From positions 682,001 through 746,000 of the forward strand of contig JAUPSS010000009.1 of the NCBI GenBank assembly GCA_040285825.1: 64,000 bases of DNA. Direction: 5' to 3'. This document shows positions 21,465 through 32,830 of this stretch, piece by piece. Below the pieces are notes generated by a model. That model was not told the origin of the DNA and did not search any database. It was given only the letters and a program-made list of their open reading frames with translations. Both the position numbers and the translations under genes were made by a program. Within the stretch, counting starts at the first letter, position 1. The number at the start of each line of letters is the position of its first letter. This stretch comes from Eukaryota sp. TZLM1-RC (lineage: Eukaryota > Protista > Metamonada: BaSk clade).

Positions 21465-22298
21465 ATGAACGATCTTGAAGACTTTGAACCTTACACTCCT
21501 GGTTATGACAAAGCTATTTATGCCATGGAGGCCCAAGATCTTACCGATGACCTCAATGGCTATGTTCATTCTATTGAATCAATGACTGCTGTTGATGGTC
21601 AGGGCATTCGCTACATTGTCTTTCTCCAAGGATGTAATCTCCGCTGCTTATACTGCTGCAATCCTGACTCTTGGAAATATGGTGCCTCCAGTAAGCAAAC
21701 TGTTTCAGAAGTTATCCGTGGATTAAAGCGTGCTCTCCCTTATATCAAAGCCTCTGATGGAGGTGGTATAACCATTGGTGGTGGCGATCCACTCACTCAA
21801 CCCAACTTTTGTGCCGCTTTGTGCAAGGCTGCGAGAGAGCTAGGCGTAACTGCTGCAGTCGAAACTGCTGGTCATTCCAAGGATCGCACAGCATGGGACA
21901 TTGTTGTTCCTCACTGTGATTTCGTGATTTTGTGTGCTAAGGCCTTTACCGCTGATGTGTTCAAGAAACTTACAAAAGGAGGAAGTCTTGCCAAGATGAT
22001 TGAGTTTGCTGAATTTTGTGTTGAGAAGGGAGTTCCCATCTGGCTTACTTATGTTGTTCTTCCTGGTTACACGGACTCTGATGCCGAGATTGAAGGTCTT
22101 TGTCAGTTTTTGCAACGGGAAGACATGCAACATGGTGTCTCTAGAGTGGAAATTCTTCCTTACCACACCTTGGGAAAGTACAAGTTTGCTGAATTGGGTC
22201 TCAAATATCCCTTAGAAGGAGTTGAAAGACCTAGTAGTGAGCTTTTGAACAGTATTGTGGAACGAGTTCGTAAAGTCCATTCTAATGTTTATTTGTAG
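21465..22298 (+). CDS. pflA: Pyruvate formate-lyase activating enzyme (glycyl-radical activating radical SAM protein)
   Basis: GYVHSIES..AVDGQGIRYIVFLQGCNLRCLYCCNPDSW (CxxxCxxC), GGITIGGGDP, VLPGYTD and ILPYHTLG..K. Confidence 0.93.
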   Translation: MNDLEDFEPYTPGYDKAIYAMEAQDLTDDLNGYVHSIESMTAVDGQGIRYIVFLQGCNLRCLYCCNPDSWKYGASSKQTVSEVIRGLKRALPYIKASDGGGITIGGGDPLTQPNFCAALCKAARELGVTAAVETAGHSKDRTAWDIVVPHCDFVILCAKAFTADVFKKLTKGGSLAKMIEFAEFCVEKGVPIWLTYVVLPGYTDSDAEIEGLCQFLQREDMQHGVSRVEILPYHTLGKYKFAELGLKYPLEGVERPSSELLNSIVERVRKVHSNVYL

Positions 22299-22847
22299 TT
22301 TGTATAGATATATGCTTGTTTATTGATACAGTTTTTATTTTATTAATCAATTTTTTATAAACCAGTTTGAAATGCTTGAAGTAACAGGAAGATATAATTG
22401 CATGTAAATTTACATAAAAAATGTATTGAAGTGCAACACTAAAAAGATTTAGATCAGAACTGATGGGACTAAATTCAATCAACCAAGGTTTCCTCTACAG
22501 AATCCTGATCTGCTTGCTTTCTAGCTATTGCTGCTCTTATTCAATGCAAGAATCGAAGCAATCTACTCATTATAGCGAATTGAATTCGTCACCACTACAA
22601 AAAGACTCCAAATCTTTTCATTGTTTTTTCTTGAACCAATTATTGGAAATCATTCAAAAAATTTCTTGATTCTACTGAAAGTCTACTGTTTATAAAAAAA
22701 GAGAAAGCAATAAAAGAAATGATCTGTTTATACTCATTTTAATTTAGAATTAGAACGTAGATCCAATTAGTGATGATGAGAAAATACTAATTGGTAATAT
22801 TAGCAATTCAAATACAATGGGTATCAAAAATCAAAACAAAACTAAAT

Positions 22848-23594
22848 TTATTGAGATACGTTACAAATGTCAACAAACTCTGGCTTGAGTGAGGCTCCAC
22901 CTACAAGGAAACCATCAATATCAGGTTGAGAGTAAAGATCAGCACAGTTGGCTGCCTTGACTGAACCTCCGTAGATGATTCTCATTTTCTCAGCTACTTC
23001 AGCACTAACTTCTTCCTTCAACATGTTTCGAATGAAGTCATGAGTAGCCTGAGCTTGGTGAGTGGGACAAACAACACCAGTACCAATAGACCAAACTGGT
23101 TCAAAAGCGAGCACAACTTTATCCCATTCAGTGACTTTGCTCAAAAGGGGGCGTAATTGTTGCTTGATGATTTCATTCGTCTTACCAGCATTGTAGTCAT
23201 CAAGGGATTCTCCAAAACAGAAGATGATCGAAAGACCAGCAGAAATTGCTTTGACAGCCTTTTCAGCAGCAAGTTCATCAGTTTCACCAAAGTAAGATCT
23301 ACGTTCGGAGTGGCCAATAATAGCCCAGTTGAGACCGAAGTCTTTTAACATTTCAGCATTGATGGATCCGGTATAAGCACCATAACCGAATTGAGAAACA
23401 TCCTGAGCACCAACTTCGATCTTGTTTTGAATGGTAGATTTGGCGTAAGGGATGTGAATAGAAGGAGGACAGACTACGATCTGGGCGTTTTGATCGAGAT
23501 CGGCTTTGTTGAGAGTTTCAACGAGAGACTTGACGCTTTCAACGGTGCCGTTACACTTCCAGTTTCCACCAATGAACTTTTGACGAGAGGACAT
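22848..23594 (-). CDS. TPI: Triosephosphate isomerase
   Basis: GGNWKCNG, IGHSERR, AFEPVWSIGTG, YGGSV and DGFLVGGASL. Confidence 0.98.
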   Translation of the reverse strand: MSSRQKFIGGNWKCNGTVESVKSLVETLNKADLDQNAQIVVCPPSIHIPYAKSTIQNKIEVGAQDVSQFGYGAYTGSINAEMLKDFGLNWAIIGHSERRSYFGETDELAAEKAVKAISAGLSIIFCFGESLDDYNAGKTNEIIKQQLRPLLSKVTEWDKVVLAFEPVWSIGTGVVCPTHQAQATHDFIRNMLKEEVSAEVAEKMRIIYGGSVKAANCADLYSQPDIDGFLVGGASLKPEFVDICNVSQ

Positions 23595-23719
23595 GTTGAA
23601 AAAATAGACGTTGGAATCCTCTTGAAAATGAAAGCTTTTTTGAGCTCATGTTTTGAACTTTGCTTATATAGATGATATTTTTTGATTGGTCCATTTGATT
23701 TACTCAAGAAATTGCCGAT

Positions 23720-25470
23720 TCATATGAAAATATTGGGCTTCATCTTAATGCAAGCAAATGCCTTCTGATTGACTCTTCTGCTCAGGATGTGGTGATAAAC
23801 GATTCTGTTGTCCCTTTTACTTATTATAGTAGTGATGCTTTTAAATTCCTTGGTTGTTGGTTAGAAAACGTGCCTCAAATACAGAATGAATTACAGGTTA
23901 TTTTGGAGAAAATGAAAATTAAACTTGATTCAATTTCTTCTTTAGATCTACTGAGGTTTTCACTTCTATCGCATAATAAAAATTTTTAGACCTCTTTGAC
24001 ACTACTATCTCATGTCATTTCCATACGACCTTGGGGCGACACTGGATTCTCCTTGTATTCCTGCCCAAGGATATATAGCTTTGAACTCCGAATCCCTTGA
24101 AAGTGAAATATATTAAATTTTTCATGCTTAAAATGTGCTACACTGGAAGAATAACCAACATTTTAAGATCGTTTGCTCCTTCCATAGCATTAGATTTTTG
24201 TCGTTCCTTTAATTCATTGAGAACAGAATTTTTTGCTGATTTATTGGATATAGAACCTGGAATGTTGAAAAATCACTTATTTTCTTCAGCAAATTTGGGT
24301 GGTATTAGATTTACTAAGTCTTCTATTTTGTGTCAATCAGCTCTTTTCGGTGGTGGCAAAAATTTTATTTATGAATTTTCTCGTAGATTTCCTAATGATT
24401 CTCATCTGTTTGTTCCCAGTTGCAGTCCTTATTTGTATGAGTTATCTTGTGAACTTGAAAAATTGCCGCCACAAATTTGGACCAAATGTTTTCCTCAATC
24501 AATTCAAGAAATTCCAAACCGATCTCTTTTCAATTTACAGTTTTGCTGTAAAAAGCTCCAACAAAAATTGTCAAAGATTTTTGAAAGCTTGGATTTTAAT
24601 GTTAGATTTGGCTTGGCCAAGAAAAACAATCCCGCTTTTGCAAATCTTTTACAAGATATGTGTGACAGTACTTCTTCTGCCTTAGTAACAACAATTCCAC
24701 AAGTTTATGGTACTCTCTTATCCGATTCTGCTTGGACTTTGAATATGAGATTTCGTTCCTTTATCTGGCCTGATAATTTACCTCATAATTCCATTTGTAA
24801 ATGTTCTCGAGAAATAACAACTACTCATTTGTTAAATTGTAAACATTTTATTACTTTTAGAAGCAAGGTTCATGATGCTGTAAGAGACCAATCATATTGT
24901 ATGTGTAAGTATCATAGAATTGAATCCTTCTTGGAACCTCTGTTGTCAAATCTGTTTGATGCCGAAGATGATTTGCATAAGAATAAAAGAGGTGATGTAA
25001 TATTACCTGGTTTAGATGGAAGCTTTATTTTATTGGATTTAATGTCTGTTGATCCTTGTAATGGCTCAAATGAAAGGCTTGTTAATTCTGAAATTCATAA
25101 TCCTCTTTCAAATGCTGAAAATTTCAAATTCAAAAAATACAATGAACCTTTGTCCAAATTGGCCAGGTTACAGCATGCAACATACAATTTGCATCCATTT
25201 GTTTTTTCTCTTTTTGGTTCACTTGCTCCAACGGCTATACGTTTTTTGGATGATTTTGAAATGATTGTAAAGAGAAAAACTAACAGAAGTTTCAACAGAT
25301 TGTTTTGGCAAAATAGAATTGTGTTTTTCTATTTTTAAGGGGATGTTGAAGATGGTTTCTGAGGCTTTGCTTTCTCTTGGATCTCACTATGAGACAGTTG
25401 CATCTAGTGTTTTTGTTTTGGGAGAGATGGATTTTTAGATGTTGATTTATAGGTTTTGAACTTTCGAATA
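23720..25470 (+). mobile_element. 5'-truncated CRE-like non-LTR retrotransposon, subfamily A1 (RT end, CCHC knuckle, RLE)
   Basis: GLHLNASKC, FKFLG, CKC..THLLNC, HDAVRD, KRGDV, FKKY and PFVFSLFG. Interrupted at ~23948-24105 and frameshifted near 25335. Confidence 0.85.
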
Positions 25471-25638
25471 AAGGTGACTTAAAGCAACTGCTGACCACTC
25501 AGGACCACTATTAGAACATATCACAATACTATTCGAATATTAACATTTACAAAATACTAAAACACTATCTGAACAGAATGAATTTCTTCACAAAACCAAT
25601 TCAAAAAAAAACAAAATTCGTCAATTGCACAACAAAGA

Positions 25639-26487
25639 TCACACTGAACAATTAACATCCCGCCTATCGGATTTCTTCTTGAACATCTTCAGTATCGACA
25701 TAGCCAACTTGGCTCTTTTTGGAGCATAAATCTCAGATTCAACAACCAAACCAAGAGAATTTGTATGAAGATTGTTCAAAATGCAAGTCAAGATCCACAC
25801 GATTTCCATAATGATATTATTTGCAACATAGCTAAAACCTTCTGGAAAAGGTGGACTCGTAAAAGTGGAATAATGACTAAAATTCTTTGTAAACAAATCT
25901 TTAAATGAAATTCTATTTTCTATAGATGGATCTGTTGTAAATATTCTGACGGCCTTTCGAGAACTTTGATTGTGAATTTTTCCATACTGCACAAATGTAA
26001 TATCATCCAATGCAATTCTGCTGGTCTTCGTTGGTCTCTTCTCTGACCAATTGAACTTTACCCTGTACAGCGCCTTATCAGTGATGATAACGATACGTTC
26101 TTGTTCAACTGCAAATTGATTTAGTTGAATAAGAAAATAGTACTTAATTACAAACTCACTTTTGGGTAGCGTTGGAATGATGGACTCGATGATGTCCTGT
26201 TCTTCCATGGAACATGACCAAAATTGAGGGAGTTGAAGCATTTCACATAGTTGGTTCAAGTCTCCAGAAATTGCGACCTCTTTCAGTTTGTCGAAACAAC
26301 GTTCAGCTGTTCTTGAGAAGTCAGTGGTGCTAAAAATAGTGGAATTGCGTACAATAGAGTGCGCTACGTCACGCCATCCTGAAGGTTCCTCCTTTGTGTC
26401 ATTTGTATCAAGTTCAATGGTGTTTGAGGAAGAGAGAAGTTCTTCGATCAGTTGTTCAGGGACTTCCTCACAATCAGATGAATCCAT
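25639..26487 (-). CDS. hSac2-domain (TPRG1/Sac2-homology, PH-like) protein
   Basis: LIQLNQFAVEQERIVIITDKALYRVKFNW...RIALDDI matches the hSac2 pattern. Confidence 0.6.
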   Translation of the reverse strand: MDSSDCEEVPEQLIEELLSSSNTIELDTNDTKEEPSGWRDVAHSIVRNSTIFSTTDFSRTAERCFDKLKEVAISGDLNQLCEMLQLPQFWSCSMEEQDIIESIIPTLPKSEFVIKYYFLIQLNQFAVEQERIVIITDKALYRVKFNWSEKRPTKTSRIALDDITFVQYGKIHNQSSRKAVRIFTTDPSIENRISFKDLFTKNFSHYSTFTSPPFPEGFSYVANNIIMEIVWILTCILNNLHTNSLGLVVESEIYAPKRAKLAMSILKMFKKKSDRRDVNCSV

Positions 26488-27218
26488 GTAAAAAGCAGTA
26501 AAAGCAATAGCAGGCAGTTGTGATGATTAAGGAGATCTTTGAAATGAGTCAATTTTTAAGGTCAAATCTCACTTACTTCATCTGACAATAATATTACCCA
26601 TTGCTGGGAAGAATATATGATTGTCTTTTCATTGAAATTTGTTGATCGATCAAATTCACCTGTATCTATGTAAAAATCAAAAACACTAGACTTAAACATT
26701 GTTTAACGGAAAAATTTTAGTTTAATTAATATGCTCTTATTATGTTATTTGACTATTAATCCTATTGCTGAATTCATAATAATCCTGGCTGTCACTATCA
26801 AGGTGTTGCTTAAGATTGTTCTGTTTTGGTTTGGATTGAAAAAAAAATGAAACATAAACAGATAAATATACTACCTTCTGTATCGATCATGCTATATCAA
26901 AGTGCAAGAATGACTAAAATGGTCCAAAATATGGAATTCAAGTACTTTATTTACTTTAGGCTTTATTATATGCTTTATACTTTATGCAGTAAAGTTGCTT
27001 AAAGTGAGATAATATAATAACAAGTTTGAAGTTGTTCTAGACTATTGTCAGAAGTGCATAGAAGTAATCACTTTTTTGAAAAAAGATGTAAAGTAAAGTA
27101 AGATAGACTAAAGTACTTTATCACTTTAGTCATCCCTGTTGAAGTGTTAGATTTACTCAAACATCCAAAGCAACCACAATACATTAGCCATAGATTTAAG
27201 AATTATTTAACCCTCAAA

Positions 27219-28283
27219 ATGCCTTTCCTAACCCCAACAGAAGAAGATCAGCAGCAAACTGAAGGCCTTGTACTTGAAAAGATCCAAGAAACACAACGAC
27301 TTCATGGAGACGCTAATGTTCCATTGTTTTCTGCAGCACATGAACGTTTTCTCCGTTCCTCGCTCGATGGACTCATTTCTCCTTATATCTCTCTCGATTC
27401 TAGCAGAACTTGGATCATGTACTGGATCTGGCATTCAATGAAGTTACTAAAGCGTCCTTTGTCACCACATCTTCACCATGCTGCTGCTGGCTTTTTGAAA
27501 CTCTGCCAGGCTCCTTCTGGTGGTTTTGCTGGATCTCCCATGCCTTCTCTACCTCACACTGTGGCCACATACTCTGCTGTCATGGCTCTAGCATGTGTCG
27601 GTACAGAAGAATCTCTGTCCGTAATCAATAGATCATCCCTCCATGATTTCCTTCTCTCCATGAAACACCCATCTGGAGCATTTCAGTCTCACCAAGACGG
27701 GGAATGTGATGTCCGAGCAGCTTACTGTGCGATCGCCGTGGCCTCTCTCTGTAACATACTCTCTCCACAACTCATTCACAAAACAAAAGATTGGGTAATG
27801 CAATGTCAACATGCTGACGGTGGTTTTGCCGGCGTTCCTAACGGAGAACCACATGCTGGTTATACCTACTGCGCGACTGCTTGTTTAGGGCTACTCAATG
27901 ACTGGGAAGGTGTTGATAAGGCTCATCTTAAACGTTGGCTTGTTCTACGACAGCGATCCACAGAAGGAGGGTTTGACGGCAGGCCTAATAAACTGGTGGA
28001 CTCGTGTTATAGCTTCTGGAACTTGGGATCCTTGGCAATAGTAGATCCACAAAGTGTTGATGCTTTCAACAAGGAGGCCTTGAAAACTTATATTTTGGGA
28101 GCTTGTCAGGGAAAACGGGGTGGGTTGAAGGATAAACCCGGGAAACCAGTTGACTTTTATCATACTTGCTATGCTTTGAGTGGACTTTCTTTGACTGGTT
28201 TGTGTGAGTTGGATGAGGTTAATCCAGTGTATAATGTGGTTAGGTCAAAAGCTGAGTTTGCTCTTGAACATTTTAAAAAGTGA
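27219..28283 (+). CDS. FNTB: Protein farnesyltransferase beta subunit
   Basis: LDSSRTWIMYW, GECDVRAAYCA, EPHAGYTYC, GRPNKLVDSCYSFW and DKPGKPVDFYHTCYALSGLS. ATG at 27219. Confidence 0.93.
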   Translation: MPFLTPTEEDQQQTEGLVLEKIQETQRLHGDANVPLFSAAHERFLRSSLDGLISPYISLDSSRTWIMYWIWHSMKLLKRPLSPHLHHAAAGFLKLCQAPSGGFAGSPMPSLPHTVATYSAVMALACVGTEESLSVINRSSLHDFLLSMKHPSGAFQSHQDGECDVRAAYCAIAVASLCNILSPQLIHKTKDWVMQCQHADGGFAGVPNGEPHAGYTYCATACLGLLNDWEGVDKAHLKRWLVLRQRSTEGGFDGRPNKLVDSCYSFWNLGSLAIVDPQSVDAFNKEALKTYILGACQGKRGGLKDKPGKPVDFYHTCYALSGLSLTGLCELDEVNPVYNVVRSKAEFALEHFKK

Positions 28284-29009
28284 AGAAATTGTAACACATT
28301 CTTTATGTATTGGGGTTTATATTTTTTGTATAGATTGTCTGTGTTTTATCTTTTTTTCAACCTTGTGAATTTATTTTTTTTATTTTTTATTTTTACCATC
28401 AAATCAGTGTTGGTCGACAATGTCTGTGAGTTGAGATTGATTTAGTGTAAACTTGAAATGAACTTGCTCATTAATGATAGAACAGTTTGTGAATAGTTTC
28501 CTATAAAGCTTCAGTATAGAAGATCTTTTGCCAAAATATACACACTTGACAATTACTGAATAATAACTCTTTACAAGCAAGGACATTCCATTCTTTATTC
28601 TCTTCCACCTTCTAGTTCTCTTCTAGAACTCAAACAATCTATGATATCAAAAGTGACAACAAAAGATTTTAATTGACTAGGTTCGTGCTTGTGGTCTTAT
28701 CTTATACGTGTTAAAAGATGTTTAATTGAAAAGCGAGATCTGTTCTTGTTCTAATGAACATAGTTATTGAGAGTTTCTTTTCGTGTTGTGTGAAAACACC
28801 ATTTACCAAAAGGGATTCTTTGGTTTGATGACTTTCTTAGTAAATCCACTTAAATCAGTATAGTAATAGAATGGCTGGATGATGTTGAGAAAATACTAAA
28901 TCCAAAAATAATTGTTCTTTATTGCACGTTTCAGCTTAGAAATTTCTATGTGTCACATTTTTCAATTTACAAATACGAATTTAGTTTATGCTTTGTGGTA
29001 CAATATTCT

Positions 29010-29335
29010 AAAAGTAACATAGCTAATGCTGATAGAACTAGACCACCTGTTTTCATTGCTTTCCCATTTTCGATAAACGGAAGCCTAACAGTAGAAGCAA
29101 GAACTTTTTTGAATTACTTCCAAAAAATGGTTCAAGAAAAAACAATGAAGAGATTTGTTATTTTTTATGGCGCTCTCGGATTCAACTTGCCATTATTAAT
29201 AGATTACCTCAGTTTTTCAATCAAATTAGAGAAGCTTTAGCTAGACAGCAAGCAGATCAAGATTTAGTAGAGGAAATCTTGGTTCATTGAATTTTGTTCC
29301 ATTAGTTATGAGTTGATTTTGTCAAGTGTGCAAGA
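29010..29335 (+). mobile_element. 3' fragment of family-B RLE retrotransposon, including the 3' stem-loop tail
   Basis: ANADRTRPPVFIAFPFSING...EALARQQADQDLVEEILVH*; hairpin at 29255-29284. Confidence 0.75.
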
Positions 29336-29414
29336 GTAAAATTATTTTGGCAAAAGTAACAAAAATACAAACATTCAACATTCATTAAATTCACTCTCTT
29401 AACTTACAATAAGA

Positions 29415-29819
29415 ATGGCTGCATCCTTTGAACAGATCGGACGTGCTTTCGTTGAACACTACTACAAGGTCTTTGATTCCGACAGATCACAACTTGCTGC
29501 TCTTTACGTATGTTGACCATTCTTACGCTCATCTCAGCGTGATGATTCTATGCTCACTTTTGAGGGCAAACAACATCAAGGAGCAGCTAATATCATCAAG
29601 CACTTGACTGAAGGCCTCAGCTTCCAGACCGTTGCACACACTATTGGCAGTATTGATTGCCAACCATCTACTGCTAACGGTGTACTCATCCTTGTTACTG
29701 GCAACATTGTCGCTGATGGTAACGCTGAAATGCCCCTCAACTTTTCCCAAACCTTCCATCTTTCCAATTCGGGTAATCAATGGTTTGTCACCAATGATAT
29801 CTTCCGTCTTGTATTTTAA
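29415..29819 (+). CDS. NTF2: Nuclear transport factor 2, paralogue b; intron 29508-29537
   Basis: Spliced ORF MAASFEQIGRAFVEHYY...SMLTFEG...IDCQPS...FSQTFHL...NDIFRL. The 30-nt intron is at the same position as in paralogue a. Confidence 0.93.
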
Positions 29820-29993
29820 TGTCGTGTCTCTCTATCGATCCAACTTTTGCAATAAATTATTTAGCTTTTTGTTTTCACATACATCTCTTAAACACGTTCT
29901 CCAGTTATTCTCCAGACACAAAGATGTTTGCCCTGGAACTATTTCATTTACTTTTGCTTTATTGTCGCACAGAACAATACTCCCAAAATATAC

Positions 29994-30503
29994 CTAAAAA
30001 CGTTTAACTTTAATTAACATAGGATCTTCGCAAGCGCTTCTACTGGAGCTCTTACGTTGTTTCGTTTCTGTCCTTGTGGTGTGGCCCCTTAGACGTGGCT
30101 GATGGTGCTTTATATCCATCCATGTGAGTAGAATGACAAGAGCATACAAACAGTCGACTATTGCAGTCACCATGAAAGCAGCAATTTTAACTTGTTTGGA
30201 GGGAGCCCAGTTGAGCCATGTTTCATAAGAGTAATACCCAATAGTAAGCAAAGATTTGATAATGACTAATAGAAGAATTTTGATGTAACTTCTTTTCAGC
30301 AGTATGTAAGCAATTATATTTGTGATACAGAATGATATGGCCCCAGGCAGCAACAATCTTGATATTTTGGTTTGGTTTGAAAGCCAGTCTGTCAATAGTA
30401 AACATGAAAATATAAATGAGAGTAGAGATGAACGACCAATTATTCGCAAAGCATTCCGAAGAGATGATTGAACAGTTAAATCAGTGGCTAGTTCTCCCTG
30501 CAT
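29994..30503 (-). CDS. Small multi-pass membrane protein (about 4 TM), unknown function
   Basis: ATG ORF with four hydrophobic segments and a basic tail. Confidence 0.55.
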   Translation of the reverse strand: MQGELATDLTVQSSLRNALRIIGRSSLLSFIFSCLLLTDWLSNQTKISRLLLPGAISFCITNIIAYILLKRSYIKILLLVIIKSLLTIGYYSYETWLNWAPSKQVKIAAFMVTAIVDCLYALVILLTWMDIKHHQPRLRGHTTRTETKQRKSSSRSACEDPMLIKVKRF

Positions 30504-31147
30504 ATCAACTCAAAACTCAGCAAGAAGAGAAAACCTAAATGGTTGAAGTAGATATCTGGTCATCTTAGTAGATATCACCTATTCAAAAGTCAATAATTGT
30601 TGCGGAAGCAAAGTCCAAATCCAACACTCTGCCGCTCAGTTCACAGGCAGAATTCCTTCACAGATACTATGTACTTCAAAAAGGTTGACAAATAACATGG
30701 TCAATACATGTTTTCAACATTATTCCAACTATACCCCTGTTCACGGGGAAGGAGCGACTCAAATTTCAGACCATTGTGTTGCCTTAAATCAATGGTCAGT
30801 ATTCAGTAACATTTTTGAACATCCATGTTGCTGGTTTACTGTTGCATTGGAAGTCAAAAACAATATTGATTCACCTGAAAAACATGAGGAGTGGCAATAT
30901 ATTGTTGAGAATCTTCAAGAGCATTTGTATGTTGTTAAAAGTATTAATGGTGACAGTGTTACTCAATGTTATAATTTGAAAAGCTGAAGAAGGAGCCTAA
31001 TTTTAAATGTTTTTTCAATTAAAATTCTACAGCTTAGATGCGGATTGAAACCAGTTATGTGAAAACTCTATCTGTTATAGTTGTAATGATTTGCTATTCA
31101 ACATTGATCTTTCTGAACAGTTGTGTTTCTGAACAGTAAATATTGCT

Positions 31148-32163
31148 CTCAAGTTTGAGAATGTTTCAGCTTACTTCAGGTAACTATGATACAGATTGAC
31201 ATTAATAGAATTTTTTTACATAATACAAGTATCAACAACGACAACAAAGAAACAAATATACAGCTGATATCTTCAAAACAACTCAGCTAATCTTGATAAA
31301 AACAAAATTCTATCCTCCAAATTAACACCAAATTAAGCCAGCAATGCCAGATGTTCTCCCCTAGATCAACTATTTCTTCTCAATTTTGAGAATCAACTAT
31401 TTCTTCTCAATTTTGAGAATGATTCAGCTTACTTCAGGTTACTATGATACAGATTGATATTAATAGAATTTTTTTACATAATACAAGTATCAACAACGAC
31501 AACAAAGAAACAAATCTACAGCGGATATCTTCAAAACAACTCAGCTAATCTTGAGGGCCAATTTCTTTCAACTCCAAAATACAAGGTAATTATTACCCCA
31601 AACTGCCGATGATGATGACTGAATTTGATTATTCATGTTTTGTAAATCTATTGAAGTTCAACATTCAGATAGAAATGATTAGCAATCAAAAAAACAAAAT
31701 TCTATCCTCCAAATTAACACCAAATTAAGCCAGCAATGCCAGATGTTCTCCCCTAGATCAACTATTTCTTCTCAATTTTGAGAATCAACTATTTCTTCTC
31801 AATTTTGAGAATGATTCAGCTTACTTCAGGTTACTGTAATACAGATTGATATTAATAGAATTTTTTAACATAATACAAGTATCAACAACGACAACAAAGA
31901 AACAAATCTACAGCTGATATCTTCAAAACAACTCAGCTAATCTTGAGGGCCAATTTCTTTCAACTCCAAAATACAAGGTAATTATTTCCCCAAACTGTCG
32001 ATGATGATGACTGAATTTGATTATTCATGTTTTGTAAATCTATTGAAGTTCAACATTCAGATAGAAATGATTAGCAATCATATAAACAAAATTCTATCCT
32101 CCAAATTAAGACCAAATTAAGCCAGCAATGCCAGATGTTCTCCCCTAGATCAACTATTTCTTC
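31148..32163. repeat. Tandem array of ~390-bp units (first unit shortened) containing the promoter and first codons of the 32135 gene
   Basis: AAACAAAATTCTATCCTCC recurs at ~31300, ~31693 and ~32084. Units also contain a 27-bp internal duplication. Confidence 0.92.
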
Positions 32164-32830
32164 ACAGCGTACCAGTTTACATGACACATCTTCATCATAT
32201 GACACTTCCATATCATCTCTGCACAAAAGAAGGCCGAAAAAGACTTTAGGACATTCATCGCCTTGTTGTCCACTCTCTAGGTCTCAGATATTTCCCAAGC
32301 CAACTCCATCTCCTAGACCTTCTAGATCTTTCTCCCCAGATTCACCTTCCTTCATTGGCTCTCCTCTTGGTCAGGAAGCTTCTCCACGTAGATCTCCAAG
32401 TTCAGGCCGTCAAATTCTTTCAAGCACTTCAAATCTCTTTCCTCCACCTTCTCATGAGCCGCCGAATGACCTATTAGCCCGTCTGCGCCTTCTCCGAACC
32501 GAAGGTTCCACTATACGCAACCACATTGACCAACGACTCAAATGTGCTAAAGAACGAACCAATCCTAACCCTAACCCTAACCCCAAGGAGTGTTCTTCTT
32601 CTGACTCTGAGGATAATGTGCCACCACCGCCAAAGAGGGAAAACAAGCCTTTGGGGATTGGGGAAGGAACCACTAATGAAGCCAGGAACAGGATACGATC
32701 TCCCCATAACCAAAGACAGCAAATCAGTCGTTTGTGCATTGGAAATCATCATAAAACTTGTAATAATAACAGAATTAATAGAATTAAAGTAAAAGATCCT
32801 TATCTGGATTATCAAGATTTAATTGGTTAG
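32135..32830 (+). CDS. Ser/Pro/Arg-rich hypothetical protein (231 aa)
   Basis: Intact ATG ORF, low complexity, no recognised domain. Confidence 0.55.
   Translation: MFSPRSTISSQRTSLHDTSSSYDTSISSLHKRRPKKTLGHSSPCCPLSRSQIFPKPTPSPRPSRSFSPDSPSFIGSPLGQEASPRRSPSSGRQILSSTSNLFPPPSHEPPNDLLARLRLLRTEGSTIRNHIDQRLKCAKERTNPNPNPNPKECSSSDSEDNVPPPPKRENKPLGIGEGTTNEARNRIRSPHNQRQQISRLCIGNHHKTCNNNRINRIKVKDPYLDYQDLIG

Noticed and set aside
31148-32163. CRISPR-like array
   Set aside because: The units are long and near-identical with no unique spacers, no cas genes are present, and the context is eukaryotic.
32563-32584. (CCCTAA)x3 telomere-like repeat
   Set aside because: Only three units, in frame as NPNPNP in a low-complexity protein. 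No other sign of an interstitial telomere.
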